Below the pieces are notes generated by a model. The model was not told where the DNA came from. It was given only the letters and a program-made list of their open reading frames with translations, and searched no databases. This document shows positions 51,707 to 64,000 of a stretch of 64,000 nt of DNA, piece by piece (position 1 is the first letter of the stretch; the number at the start of each line of letters is the position of its first letter). Origin of the DNA: Lobosporangium transversale (lineage: Eukaryota); the NCBI RefSeq assembly GCF_002105155.1, contig NW_019029006.1, forward strand, positions 310,001 through 374,000. The letters are read 5' to 3'. The position numbers and the translations under genes are program-made.

Positions 51707-51958
51707 ATGTCGCGAATGCCAGGTGCATGCGCGTCAATACTCATTGTATTCATGGCTTTGCTGGTTTCTGCCATACTCTACGGCAATAACACTGTAGAAC
51801 AATTTCACCTTCACCAAGACAAACAAACTACTCTACAAGCACACCGGCAACCTCAACAATGCGCCAACGTATGGTCTTGTATCATCTGTTCAATTCATTG
51901 TCATATCCTACCTACAAACCCTTGATATACGAAATCTCTTTCCATGGAAAACTGATCT

Positions 51959-51992
<34 letters not shown>

Positions 51993-54150
51993 CGTAGCCT
52001 TCAGGATTGATCGGCGATTCATCATGTTGCGCCTATGAAACAGTAGAGAAGCTCAATATAGACTTTTCGAAAAAATTGCATGAGCTGGTCAACATGCCAT
52101 TCTTCAGATACTTCAAGGTAACAAAAAAATATATTGGAGGATTATTGAGTGTCTACAAATCAACTATTAGACTATCTTTTAAGCTCCGAGACATTTTGCT
52201 GATGCCATGTCAAGTAATTTTTTCTTCTATGATCAATAGGTAAATTTATACAAGGAATGTCCGTTCTGGGACAATGCAGGGCTTTGCATGAACGAAGATT
52301 GCTCTGTTGAAAGGATGGATAAGGAAAAAGTTCCCGAGAAATGGAAAAACAGTCATCATGATTTGGGGAAAGTCTCTATTCCAGCAAACCCAGTAAGTCC
52401 CAAAAAAAAATAAAAAAATAAAAAAATAAAAAAAAAGATGTCTTTGTCTTACTAATTTTATATTGATTGTTTTATTATAGCTTTTTGGTTCTTTACCTCC
52501 TCGACCGCTGATAAAAGAGCAGGATTTTTGCGTTCCTGACGCTGACGCAGATGAGGAAGTGTACGTAGATCTTAAGGACAACCCGGAGCGATTCACTGGA
52601 TACTCCGGACCCTCTGCGGCCAAGGTCTGGAGAGCAATTTATGAGGAAAATTGCTTTGACGTCGCGCAGGAGATGACTGCAGGGTGCCATTATTGTGAAT
52701 CAGAGCGAGCCAAGCTTAAAAACCAACAACAACCCAAGAATAATGGTCAAAGCCATGACCAAAATATACTAGTCCCACCGGAACCTGCGCCTATGAAATC
52801 AGAAAAACCAACGAAGAAGAAGATGGATGATATTTTCTCAAGGCTTCCAAAGGACAGTAACGAACTACAAGGATTGGTTCAAGGGATTGCGCAGGATAGC
52901 AATGGCGAAGAGTCATGTCTAGAGAAGCGAGTGTACTACCGCTTGATCTCTGGTAAGTTCCACTTCGCTTGATCTAGCTTAGATTGGCTTGTATTCTTTT
53001 CATTTATGTCTTTTCTAATGCAAGCCTTGATTTCATCCTTATATTTTTTATGTTCCTGTTTGCTAATTAACATTGAATTAGGACTACATGCCTCTATTTC
53101 AATTCATATCTGTGATGAATGGTTCAACCAAACGACTGGAGAATGGGGCCCCAATTTAGACTGCTTCATTTCCCGTGTAGGTGTGCACCCTGAGCGCTTA
53201 GAAAACATCTATTTTGACTACGTAGTGCTTCTACGAGCCGTGTCCAAGATCTCCGATTTCTTGACTGGCTATGAATTTTGCACAGGTGACGAAGCATTGG
53301 ATAAGAATATAAGAACATCAGTAGATGAGCTTGTGAGTCTGGTCAAGAAATGCCCTCCTACGTTTGACGAAAAGCTACTTTTCCAAGAGCAAAAAGGAGC
53401 CGTTGGACAGACTAGGATGCTGAAGAACCAGTTCAGAAACCACTTCAGAAACGTAACCAGGATCATGGACTGTGTTGGATGTGAGAAGTGCAGGTTGTGG
53501 GGCAAAATACAAACAACAGGTAAGTTAAAACATGGAAAATCCTATGATCAATTTTTTTACTTCAAGCCTAATAACTTACCTCAATCAGGCTAACGATATC
53601 ATTGACAATGCAATCTGGTAAATTTGGTATAATTTTTATTTAAAGGACTCGGAACTGCCCTCAAAATTCTCTTTTCGTATGATGATGCTTCTCTAAAGTA
53701 AGGCTTGAGCTGTTGTATCCTTTTTGTCAATGGATAATATGATAATATAATTGAGGGCTCTATTTGATCCGAATCTACAAATTAACATTTCCTAACATTT
53801 CTAGACGGAGCGCTGATAACATTCTATCGCGGTCAGAGATTGTGGCCCTGATCAACACCTTCAACCGCTTTTCCGAGAGTATCTCTGCAATCGATCGCTT
53901 TGGAGCCATGTATCAGAGTAGACTAGAACAGGAGCTTGCAGCGAATTCGGAAAGTTTGGGAGGAAAATCCTTTATTAAGGCTCCTACCAAGGAAGAAGAT
54001 GATCGAGATGCAATCGTATACAAAGTATTGCTTACTAAAATTCGGCGTGGCGTCACTAAAGCATACAGAAATCTGGATTCTTTCCTTGAGAGCAGGAACA
54101 TCACGCAACACCGGACAGCTTTGAGAAAGGCAACTCCTTTAATTTCATAG
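51707..54150 (+). CDS. ERO1: ER oxidoreductin 1 (3' end uncertain)
   Basis: Signal sequence, [53 protein letters not shown] and [14 protein letters not shown]. Confidence 0.95.
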
Positions 54151-55448
54151 TGGATGCTAGCAAGCAAGCACTCATTCAATTAGAACTTCCTATAATGATA
54201 CAGCATGCATTACCTTCCTTGGACTACTCCCCTCTTGCATACTCAAAAGAACTGTCCTGGATAGGAAGCCAGATGAATAGAGCAACATTAATAATAAATA
54301 ACATACTCGACCTATATCCGACTTTAGGATCAATATCATCACCCTTGGTTCCGATATGATCACTTAGCTGTAAGTCAGCTTACTTTGAAAATTTTGAGGG
54401 CATTCCATGGACAATACTAGAAGTCCTTCTCTACGGACAGCCTTTTTTTTTTTTATAAAACACTACTCTCTGTATTTTCTTGATCACCATCGATACTTGA
54501 TCCTACAAACTCCCATTCGTTCAAATCGATCCAAAACCAGGAAAAAACTTATGCTCCTCAAAGAAGGTCTTTCCATCTAGTAGGTTGACGAAAGACTCAA
54601 ATCCTCAACTCCTCTATGGCAAATAGCCATCGAAATATCGCAGAAGACCAGTAGACCGTCAAAGGAAGGGCTACAGATGAGATGACTCTGTGCCTTAAGC
54701 TAGGATTGAAAGACTGTCTTCTACGGTTTTCATCGGCGTCCCGGAGTCGAAAGGAGACCGAACATAATTAGACGATTTATACAGATGCTTGGCCTAATTT
54801 GACTCCTTTTTTCGGTTCAGACTGCAATGTAATGTTGAGCGCCACCAATTATTTTTTTTTAAAATCTGGCTATTAGAGTGTGACACAGTAACAGAGGGGA
54901 CTGTTAAAACCCTGTAATAAAAGGAACGTTTTGAAATATGCACGGATATTATTGTGCGGCCCCATGTTGGAAAGAGCTCTTTATTTATGGGACTGTGCCT
55001 TGAAACTCCTTTGTCGATAAGGACTATCGTTAAACGCGGACGGAGGATTAGGAAAGACAAACCACTTCCCTTAGTCCCCCCAGCCCATGTTCCTTGTAGC
55101 CTATCCTCCTTTTTGTGTCACAACACCGAGTTCAATAATCAATTAAAGGCAATTAAAGACCAAAGCCTCTTGAATCCCTCAATTCATTCAACTCATTCTG
55201 CATGCAACAACATTCTCCTGAATGAAAAAATAAAACGAGATATTTTTATTGTTTCTATGACCCTACACTGTCTATATTCTTTCTTTTTGTTTCCTTTCAG
55301 TAACACATACCCCCGCGGAACTCACTCTCTTTCTTAACAATCCGCCTGTATCTATTCTCTCCTTTTATTGGGCACAGCAACATTATAAAATATTCCACAG
55401 AAAAAAGAAGGAAAAGTCCCAATTCAAATTTCTCTCAAGGGGGACGGG

Positions 55449-57879
55449 ATGAGCAACAGTGATATCTATAACGATTTTGAGGGCAACAACAGTAACACCG
55501 CTCCAGTGTCTAGGACTTCCTCAAATACTAATACCGCAATAGGCGTCAATAACAGTATTGACAATCATTCTGAAGAATATCTCTGGAGTAACCATCCACT
55601 ACCACAATTGCAGGACTCACTCCGTCAACGTGGCCAGCCGACAGTCGGGAATAGGAATACTCTAAAGAAGCGGCAGGGCGGAGTAATTGTACCATCATTG
55701 ATAACAACGATCCAGGACAACAGCAGTAGCTATAATAACAGTAATAATAATAGTCGTTCTCAAACAACTGCAAATCACCTGCTTAAAAAAGAGAACATAT
55801 CTCCTATGACGAACAATACCATGGCACTATCCAATGGAAATGAGGATATGGAAGATAGCGGTAGCAATGGTTCATTTGTGCGCTCAATGTTTGATGAAGG
55901 AATAATACAGTCATCACTAGGGACCATTGAGAAGAAGAGAATTCATAGGACATCTTCGATCCAGTCAATTCGGTCAAAGTTCCCAAAGAGAACCAACAGC
56001 TTTTCAGCGCACTTTACGGGTAAGTGGACGAAATTCTATACTTTTTTTTTTTTTGTTTTACTTTGTTGTTGTTGTCGGTTTACCTCATCTCTCTACTTAC
56101 TGTATTTCTCTGTAGAATTTATCAACAGGCGTAAGGAAGCATTGGAAACGCAAAGACAGGAGATTTCAGTTTACACATCTCCTATGACGGTGCTTTCGTA
56201 CTTTGTACTGTACATACTTCATGAGTTTCGGGTAGCACTCCTTTGGATTTTCTCTCAGCAGTATTTGCTCGTTGCTATGCCAATCATCGCAATGACAGTT
56301 TACTTCATCTATCAAACAGATGGTGCTCATCAGCCGGTATGTTTCTCTCCTTGTTATGGAGATATAGAGTTGTTTTTTTTTTTTTTTTTTTTGTAAGATA
56401 ATGTCTTATACATCCCCTTATAATAGAAATTGGACCTTATTCTACTGTTTTTAGTTATTGAAACACGCTGAATTAGGACTGATCTGGTATGGATATTGGA
56501 CACTACTTGGGATTGCCTCATCAGTTGGATTGGGTACTGGATTGCACACGTTCGTCTTGTTCCTTGGACCGCATATTGCGGATGTGACATTAACAGCCTA
56601 TAAATGTGGCAACACCAACTTTGATGTACGTGGCGATCATAGGTAATGGAAAAGCTTTAAGAGTGGCGACCGAATACTTCCAAAAGAATAGTCAATGGAA
56701 AAACGAACTTCCATCTTCTCATTTAACTAGCATACTGATTAATCCCTCTCCTATTTGTTGAAATTGCGGCCCATTGTTCTTTTTTTTCAGATACATCTGT
56801 AAACCGTTGGAATTGATGAGAGAACCTCTAACGATCTACACTATTTTTCAAGCGGTTCAATGGGAGAGTTTCTTTTGGGGTTTTGGAACTGCCATTGGTG
56901 AACTACCGCCATACTTTGTTGCAAGGGCTGCTGCACTCTCAGGGAATAGGAATGAGGAATTGGCTGCTATTGAGGACCTGCTCAAGAAGAAACCCGACTC
57001 AGTCTCATATAAGGAGCGTATTCTGCTTATGGTACACGAAGGAATGAAGCGTTTAGGATTCTTTGGTATCTTTTTGTGCGCCTCCGTAAGTCGTAGTTAT
57101 GGCCGGCTATACTCTTTTTCTTTGTGGAGATGCTTTCTTTTTTGTTACTTAGCTATCAGAGGATAAAGGTATCTTCCACCCCTAACCATCCTACTGACGG
57201 CTGACCATTCTTTTCTTTTTTTACTCTCTTTTCGATGGTCCTTTAGATCCCCAACCCTCTTTTTGATCTCGCAGGGATCACCTGTGGCCACTTCTTGATC
57301 CCATTCTCGACCTTCTTTGGCGCCACTTTCCTCGGAAAGGCTGTTGTGAAGTCATCAATCCAGGTAAAACGAAATTTCCGTCAACTCGCAAGAAAGCGTG
57401 GTTATGCTCTTTGTGCAAAAAAAAAAAAGAAAAAAAAAAAAAAAAAAAAAAAAGCTCTTTAGACCGCTCTGCTGACCAAGTTCTTTTCTCTCCTATTGTA
57501 GACACTCTTTGTAATCCTCATGTTTTCAGCTGATACATTGGCTGCTTTCATGGGATGGCTCGAGACTTCGGTCCCGTTGATCCACGGATACTTGGCTGAC
57601 GGCATCAACTCACAGAAGGGAGCTCTGCATGGAAAGGATCGAGTTTCGGAAGACGAGCTGGAGAACTCGACCAGTCTTGTTGGGCTAATCTGGAACACAA
57701 TCATCTTCATCATGATCTCCTATTTCTTGCTGTCGATCGTCGAGACAATGGCGCTGGCGCAGATCAAGAGACGACACGACCAAGAGATTGTAGAGTTAGA
57801 GGGCAAGATCCGTAGTGGCGATACTAAGGAGTTCTTTGTAGAATCTCCAAAAGAATTCATTGAACCAAGCAAACAATGA
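55449..57879 (+). CDS. VMP1: Vacuole membrane protein 1 (DedA/VTT-family ER scramblase)
   Basis: [44 protein letters not shown] and [20 protein letters not shown]. Confidence 0.92.
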
Positions 57880-58132
57880 GTCCAAGCAGCAAGCAAGTAT
57901 CAGAATCAATAACAATAGGTGCAACTGCAACAACAATACCAACAAGTGTAAGTACAAAAGCGTCAGTGACTACTTCAACATTGGATCTAGAGAAGCAAGA
58001 CAGAAAAAATATATTTTGAATAGAATCCCTCAGCACTTTCAAATATACGCCGCCATCAATATTTATCTATTAGTATATAAACAGGGTCATTGCGACAATA
58101 AAAAAAATAAAAATAAAAAAAAAAATAGTGTT

Positions 58133-59898
58133 TTATTTTTCAGCAACTGGTCTGTCATTTACGAGAGGACTTTTCATTCTGGCTTCCATCTCACTGCCAG
58201 CCTTCTCGCCTTCTCGTGGGCGTCTTTCAAGTTCTCTATCACGATGGCGATGACGATCATAGTCACGATGTCGCTCTCTATCTCTGTCTCGATCTCGTTC
58301 CCTATCTCTATCTCGTTCTCTGTCTCGATCCCTCTCCCTGTCTCTTTCCTTCTCTCTATCGCGATCTCGTGGTCTCTCACGCTCTCTATCTCTATCTCTT
58401 TCTCTGTCTCGCTCCCTCTCACGTTCACGCTCACGGCTGTAGCCTCTACGACTAGACTCCCTTTCACGTTCGCGATCGCGGTAGTCATACCGTCCATAGT
58501 CGGGATCATATCGAGAGCTGCGAGAGTATCCTGAACGGGATCCCGAGGGCGACCGTCTTCTGCTACTGCGCCTATAGTACTCTCTGTCGATAGAACGCGA
58601 CCGACTCCGTCTCCTGGTACTACTGCTCCTAGATCTCGATCGTCTCCTCGAAGAGGATACTAATTTCTCAAGCAAGGAGGCTGCAGACGCCTGTTGAGCT
58701 GCAGTAGCAGAACTGGTACTGGTAGCATCTGCTGTTGAAGGACGAGCAGGAGAACCATCCTGACTCTTGGAGGCAATGTCGGGTGAAATCCCAGGAATGT
58801 CGCTTAGATCAGGAAGAGGTCCACCCGCTTCCAGCTCTTCCAATTTCTTTAAAAGTGATGGGTCGCCTCCACGATTGACAAGTCCAATAAGGATATTCTT
58901 GTACCGGGTGCGAATAGGATCCGTTGCTGGCGGTGGTTGAATCTGTGGAGGTTGCATCATCTGCGCCTGCTGCATCATAAACGGCATAGGTCCACTGTGT
59001 CTAGGTAAGTTGATCCTAATACAAAAAAAAAAAAAAATCAGTCATCAAATCTTTTGGATTTAAAATGCAAAATATGACAAACATCTACTTTTGTTTTTCA
59101 TTTGGATGATACCTCAGTCGTCGATCACCAATCATCTTGTCGGTACTCGAGAGAGCCTTCTTGGCACCTTCAATGGTATCAAAGTCCATGAATGCAAACC
59201 GTGTTGGGTGAGTGGGTTTGCCTGCAATGTTAACTCGCGTAACCTTGCCACAGTCCTGAAAGACTTCTTCTAGCTGTTCCTGAGTCACTGTCAAGGGCAA
59301 GTTACCAACGTAGACTGTTTTGGTATCTACTTTATCTAGATCGACCTGCGTCTCCGCGGGCCGTTGCTGTTGGTATTGAGGCAAGATATTTGGATTATAG
59401 AGCGTCATATGAGGACTAGGATATAGAGGTTGAAATTGGTTGCTCATTGGCATACCCATACCCATATTCATACCCATAGGCATGCCCATACCCATACCCA
59501 TGCCATTGTACTGTGAGTGGTTGACCAGTGTGTTCCCCATACGGATCATAGGATTACCGCTGTTGCTGTTATTGTTTTGATGTGGTGTCGTAGCCGCGCT
59601 GCTATTATTAATGTTATTATTCAAGACCAAATTAGGGAACGGGCGTCCTATTGGATTAAGTCCTATTGCTGTTGCTGGAGTTCCAGTAGCTATAGCAGTA
59701 GTAGATGATACTGTCACGTCCATCTGAGTTACTGCCAAGGGTCGTCCACCAAATAAAGTTCCTGTCAAATGTGTTGCTGTCACAGCTGCATCCTTATCGC
59801 GATACTCGATAATTGCTTCAAATCCAGAGCCAAGTGGACTAGAAGGAAAAGAAAGAAAAAGAAGTGCGTTTTTTTCTAAATCACATTTGCACTATCTT

Positions 59899-59943
<45 letters not shown>

Positions 59944-60194
59944 CATAATTTCGATTGGCGCCATATATATTTAATAACTGAATATACCTTGGGATGAGTA
60001 CAAGATTATCCAGTGGGCCGATGAACTCGAACAGTTTCCTGATCATGTCTTCATTCACAACCGGCGACAGTTTGGACGCCTAAAAAAATAAAGGCATGAA
60101 AAGATGGTGAGTAAAAGTGATCTACCCTTTTGTCATCTTAATCTACTAGCCACAATGTTATTGGTAATACCTGCACTTTTGCTCCTATTGCCAT
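58133..60194 (-). CDS. Two-RRM, RS/RD-repeat splicing factor, SREK1/SRSF11-like
   Basis: RRM1 KVQASKLSPVVNEDMIRKLFEFIGPL...HLTGTLFGGRPL, RRM2 TVYVGNL...RFAFMDF, and a C-terminal RS and RD/RE dipeptide region. Confidence 0.8.
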
Positions 60195-60524
60195 CGTCCA
60201 CTTGTATTTGCTTGGTATTTACTGTTGCTTACAATATTGCTGCTGTTTCCTGTTGGAGTAAAAAATAAAAAAATAAAAAAAAAGTTGCGGCAGGGAGATT
60301 CGTGCACATGTACACACACCTCACATTGAGGACACAAAGTCTGACTTGCAAGAATAAAAGATAAAAGACATGATTAACATTTACACTTAATCTGAAAACA
60401 AAACGTCAATACTCTGCTTTATTTCCAAGACTAGATCCAGGAACTACAAGACTACGAGCCATTTATTACATTTATTACAACAAATGTATTTTCTCCTCCT
60501 ACTTCATTGACATCTTTCTCGACC

Positions 60525-61541
60525 ATGCGGAAATCATTCTTACAGATGGCTCTTGCCAAAACTACGGGCGCATCATTAAAAACTTTTCAGACAACGCTCA
60601 CTTCTACAAACTCATGGCCGTTTACAATGGACCGTCCGCCTTCCACTGAGCGGCCTACTAGGATAGCTATTCTTGATTCTTCCTTCAATCCACCTACAAA
60701 GGCTCATTATCATCTTCTGAAAGCAGCTGCAAGGGTTGGCTGCGATGCTGTACTATTACTTTTAGCAACCAATAATGTGGATAAGGGTCAGACAGGTGCA
60801 GGCGCCGTGGAGCGTTTAGAGATGATGGAAGCCATGGCTATGGATTCTATTTCGAATGATAAGGAAGATCCTGCACTCCGACAAATAGCTGTTGGCTTAA
60901 CTGTAAAGCATTGATGCGATCTCCCAAAAAAAAAAAAAAAAAAAAAAAAAAAGAGTCGGACGTTTTCAATACTGTAGCAGTCGTCAATTTCTCTGATGAT
61001 CCTCTTCTATTCGACTACCGTTTTTCTTTATATCTATACTTTCCTTGTCCCTAATTTTTAGACCCATGCTAGATTTATGGACAAGGCACAACCGATCTTA
61101 GATCAATATGAACCCAACACTGTTCAATTATCATGGATTATGGGTCACGATACCATGACACGGCTATTTGATCCCAAGTATTACAACGATGTACATGCGG
61201 ATATGGCGCCGTTCTTTGAGAAATGTGATGTGATCTGTTCTTCAAGGCCAGGTCATGGCAGCCGAGAAGAAATGATGCGATTTGTAGAACAGAGTGGACA
61301 CAAGGACAAAGTCACGCTAGTAGATATTATTGAGACTGAAGAAGTCAAGTCGAGTCTGCCTTCTACTGTTGCCTCTACTGCTGTTTCTACTGCTGAGAAA
61401 AGACATGGAATCGAGATTAGAGAGATATCATCGACCATTGTCAGAGATGCTGTCAAGAACAAAGATTGGCTGTTGGTTGAGCGCTGTGTTCAACCATCCG
61501 TTAGAGAGATCATTGAGAAAAATAGTCTCTACGCATCATGA
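60525..61541 (+). CDS. POF1: Pof1-like nicotinamide mononucleotide adenylyltransferase (intron ~60903-61061)
   Basis: ILDSSFNPPTKAH, LLLATNNVDK, ARFMDK, MGHDTMTRLFDPKYY and ISSTIVR. Confidence 0.85.
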
Positions 61542-63559
61542 AGTCATTCAGTATAAATATATTTATAATAATCATTCATAGTCTAAAAAGTAAAGTTGGC
61601 TTTTCTTTTTAACTAATAAATCTGAAATCAAGGGTGCATAGAGCATTAAATATACTGTATACAACTTTAGCGTGCAATACATGTCTGTGGCCCAAGTGAG
61701 GCAGATATTTAACATCCAGCTGCACGGATATATTTTTATGCTTCTTTGTAAGAATAAAAAGAGGCGAGGCTCAAGTTCAGTTGGTTGGTGGAGAAAGGCC
61801 ACACGCTCACTTTTTTTTTATCTGCATGGCTTGGTTGGTTAAGGACCTTCTCAATTGACGGGTGCTGAAAGATAAATACCACTCAATTTTATTCCTGAAC
61901 AGGTACCTTTTTTGTTGTAAAAAAAAAAAAAAAAAAAAAAAAATTCTTCATTGATGTTGTTGCCCTAGTTGTCTTCACTCACTTGATCGACCGTTATGCC
62001 AGCGGGTCAAAACAAAAAAAAAAAAAAAAAAAAAAAAAAAGATGCAGTGTGGTCTGAGTTGGCTTTTATTCATTTATTTAGTTTTATTAATGTACTTTAT
62101 TGTCCCACCATTGATGAGTTCTTCTGAAAACAAAGATCCTCTCAAGAGTGGACACGTACGCCGTTCCGTTCAAGATTAGGCTTTATTGAGGGATGAGCTG
62201 CAGTTGTCTCCTCGTGTGTCCCTTATTCTCATTCTCTCTAGTCTATAAGTTTCTAAGCATGCTTTATTTTAGTCCTGACACTAAATAAATGATCATTATT
62301 AGAGATGGAAAGATACAGGGACCAGGGACAGAGGCAGGAACAACGACAACAACAATACATTATAGGTCCCATCTCTCTCTCCTTCTCCTTTTCTGTCATC
62401 AGTTATCAGTTATAACGTTAAAAGCGAACGTTTTTTATTATATTATATTATTTTATTTTATTTATTTATTTTTGATAACTTGTTTTCTACCATTGGTTTG
62501 ACCATGGCCCTGGTCGTTATCCTGCTCCTAATTCTATTTCTATGGTCTTCTGGTCTCTGTCCGGTTGTTGCCAATTGTTCCATCATCACAACTAGATATC
62601 TAGTTCTGTTGAGAGGATGTTGACCACTTGGCATGTACCACATTCTTATCTGTGCAGACTATACCTATTATGACCATCCAAGGATAGAACAGATTGTTCA
62701 GTCATAGTGTAAAAGTGTAAAGCATAAAGAGGGTAAGGGTAAGAAGAATATGAGAACGAAGAAAACGCTCCCATCCTTGACATGTACAGTAACATGTTAC
62801 TGAACCATCTTTATTGTTTGTTTGTTTGTTTGTTTGTTTGCATTAATACTTTTTTTCTGACAATTTTTTTTAGAATACAAACGCACGACTGTTGGAGACA
62901 CACATGCCATTCTGTGATTTATTTTAATACATTATTGTTTAAATGTATGCAGTAAACTCTAGTTCTCTAGTCCTCTAGTCCTGGCATCTCCACTTGCTTC
63001 CTTTCCTCCTGCTGTCGTTATCAATCTTGGCTCTCTCTTTTTTTTTTTTTTTTTTTTTTTTTTCCAGCCTTCAAGACGACTATCACACCATTCGGCATTT
63101 CTTTTTCTCTTTTTTATTTTTATTTTTTTTATTTTTTAATCTCTCTCTTTCTCTTTCTCTTTCTCTTCCCTTCGTTCCTTCCCTTTCCTTTCTTCATCTC
63201 TTTCCATCTCCTCCATCATCTCCATCTCATCCTGTCATCCTTCTCTCATCTCATTTCATCTATTTCGCTATTTTTTTTTTTTTTTTTTTTTTTTTCCATT
63301 TTGTTTAGTACTTATCACTCTATTGTCTTATTATAATATTTTATTTACTTTGTGTCCCTTTATAAATTTAATCTCATTATTTATTTATTTTTTTTTGCCC
63401 TGCACACCACGCGAGAACTCTTTCTCTTTCTTTCTCTTACTTCGTCTTTTCCTACATCCTTTACTCGTTTTTTCTTGTCCTGCTGGCCAGGACAATATCA
63501 TTTACTTTTATACTTAATCACTGTTTTACACAACACCCACTCTTCTTTATCACAAGTCA

Positions 63560-64000
63560 ATGACCATGCCACATCGCTCAGAAGACGAGAATACTATCTT
63601 GGTCACTGGCGGCGCCGGTTTCATTGGTTCGCACACTGTCGTTGAACTCTTGTCCCAGAACAAGCGACTGGTCATTATCGATAACCTCTGCAACTCTTCA
63701 GAAGAAGCCCTGCACCGTGCCAAGATCTTGGCTAATAACCGAGGCTCTCTGGTCTTTCACAACGTCGACATTCTTGATGCTCATGCATTGGAACGGGTGT
63801 TTGAACAATATAAATTCTCAGCCTGTATTCACTTTGCGGGATTGAAGGCCGTCGGTGAATCTGCCCAAATTCCATTGGGATACTATCAAACCAATGTTAC
63901 TGGCACTCTTAATGTTATTCAGCTTCTTCAAAAATACAACTGCCGGAACTTCATCTTTTCTTCATCTGCCACTGTCTATGGTTTGCCTATCTCTGATGAG
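63560..64000 (+). CDS. GAL10: UDP-glucose 4-epimerase, 5' part (runs off window)
   Basis: A frame not shown in the ORF track reads ILVTGGAGFIGSHTVVEL, IIDNLCNS, IHFAGLKAVGES and FIFSSSATVYG. Confidence 0.93.
   Translation, partial: MTMPHRSEDENTILVTGGAGFIGSHTVVELLSQNKRLVIIDNLCNSSEEALHRAKILANNRGSLVFHNVDILDAHALERVFEQYKFSACIHFAGLKAVGESAQIPLGYYQTNVTGTLNVIQLLQKYNCRNFIFSSSATVYGLPISDE

Noticed and set aside
54150..54359. 69-aa ORF abutting the ERO1 stop codon
   Set aside because: No convincing splice route joining it to ERO1 was found, so it was left unassigned.
54660..54770. GATGA...GAAA pattern suggestive of a hammerhead ribozyme
   Set aside because: Lacks the CUGANGA core and the three required stems.
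57860..58534. 224-aa hydrophobic-looking plus-strand ORF
   Set aside because: It is the antisense reading of the RD/RE repeats of the splicing factor.

Overview
Intron-rich, gene-dense eukaryotic DNA from an early-diverging fungus. A Mortierellaceae-like (Mucoromycota) origin is inferred from gene content (VMP1, Crinkler-like relics) and from introns full of long poly(A)/poly(T) tracts. Most of the window is housekeeping genes: SDH6, an RRN5-like Myb protein, COX4, a pseudouridine glycosidase-kinase fusion, SmB, PHB2, RPL11, PCH2, a peroxisomal SDR-SCP2 protein, RPT4, RPS11, TEX1, SET1, a PRA1/Yip3 protein, ERO1, VMP1, an SREK1-like splicing factor, a POF1-like NMNAT and a partial GAL10. Several of these lie in head-to-head pairs. 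The most interesting observations, all hypotheses: (1) a 103-aa secreted precursor with four EA-delimited peptide repeats and no dibasic Kex2 sites, next to an 8-Cys single-pass receptor-like gene; (2) a second tiny secreted prepropeptide with an EP-AP-TP spacer; (3) a presequence-like RSFSTSS exon between the two enzymes of the pseudouridine fusion, suggesting an MPP-cleaved polyprotein; (4) a shattered clathrin heavy-chain pseudogene in an intergenic gap; (5) decayed Crinkler NTPase-nuclease relics. No tRNA, rRNA, CRISPR array or intact transposon was recognised. Exon boundaries were read by eye.
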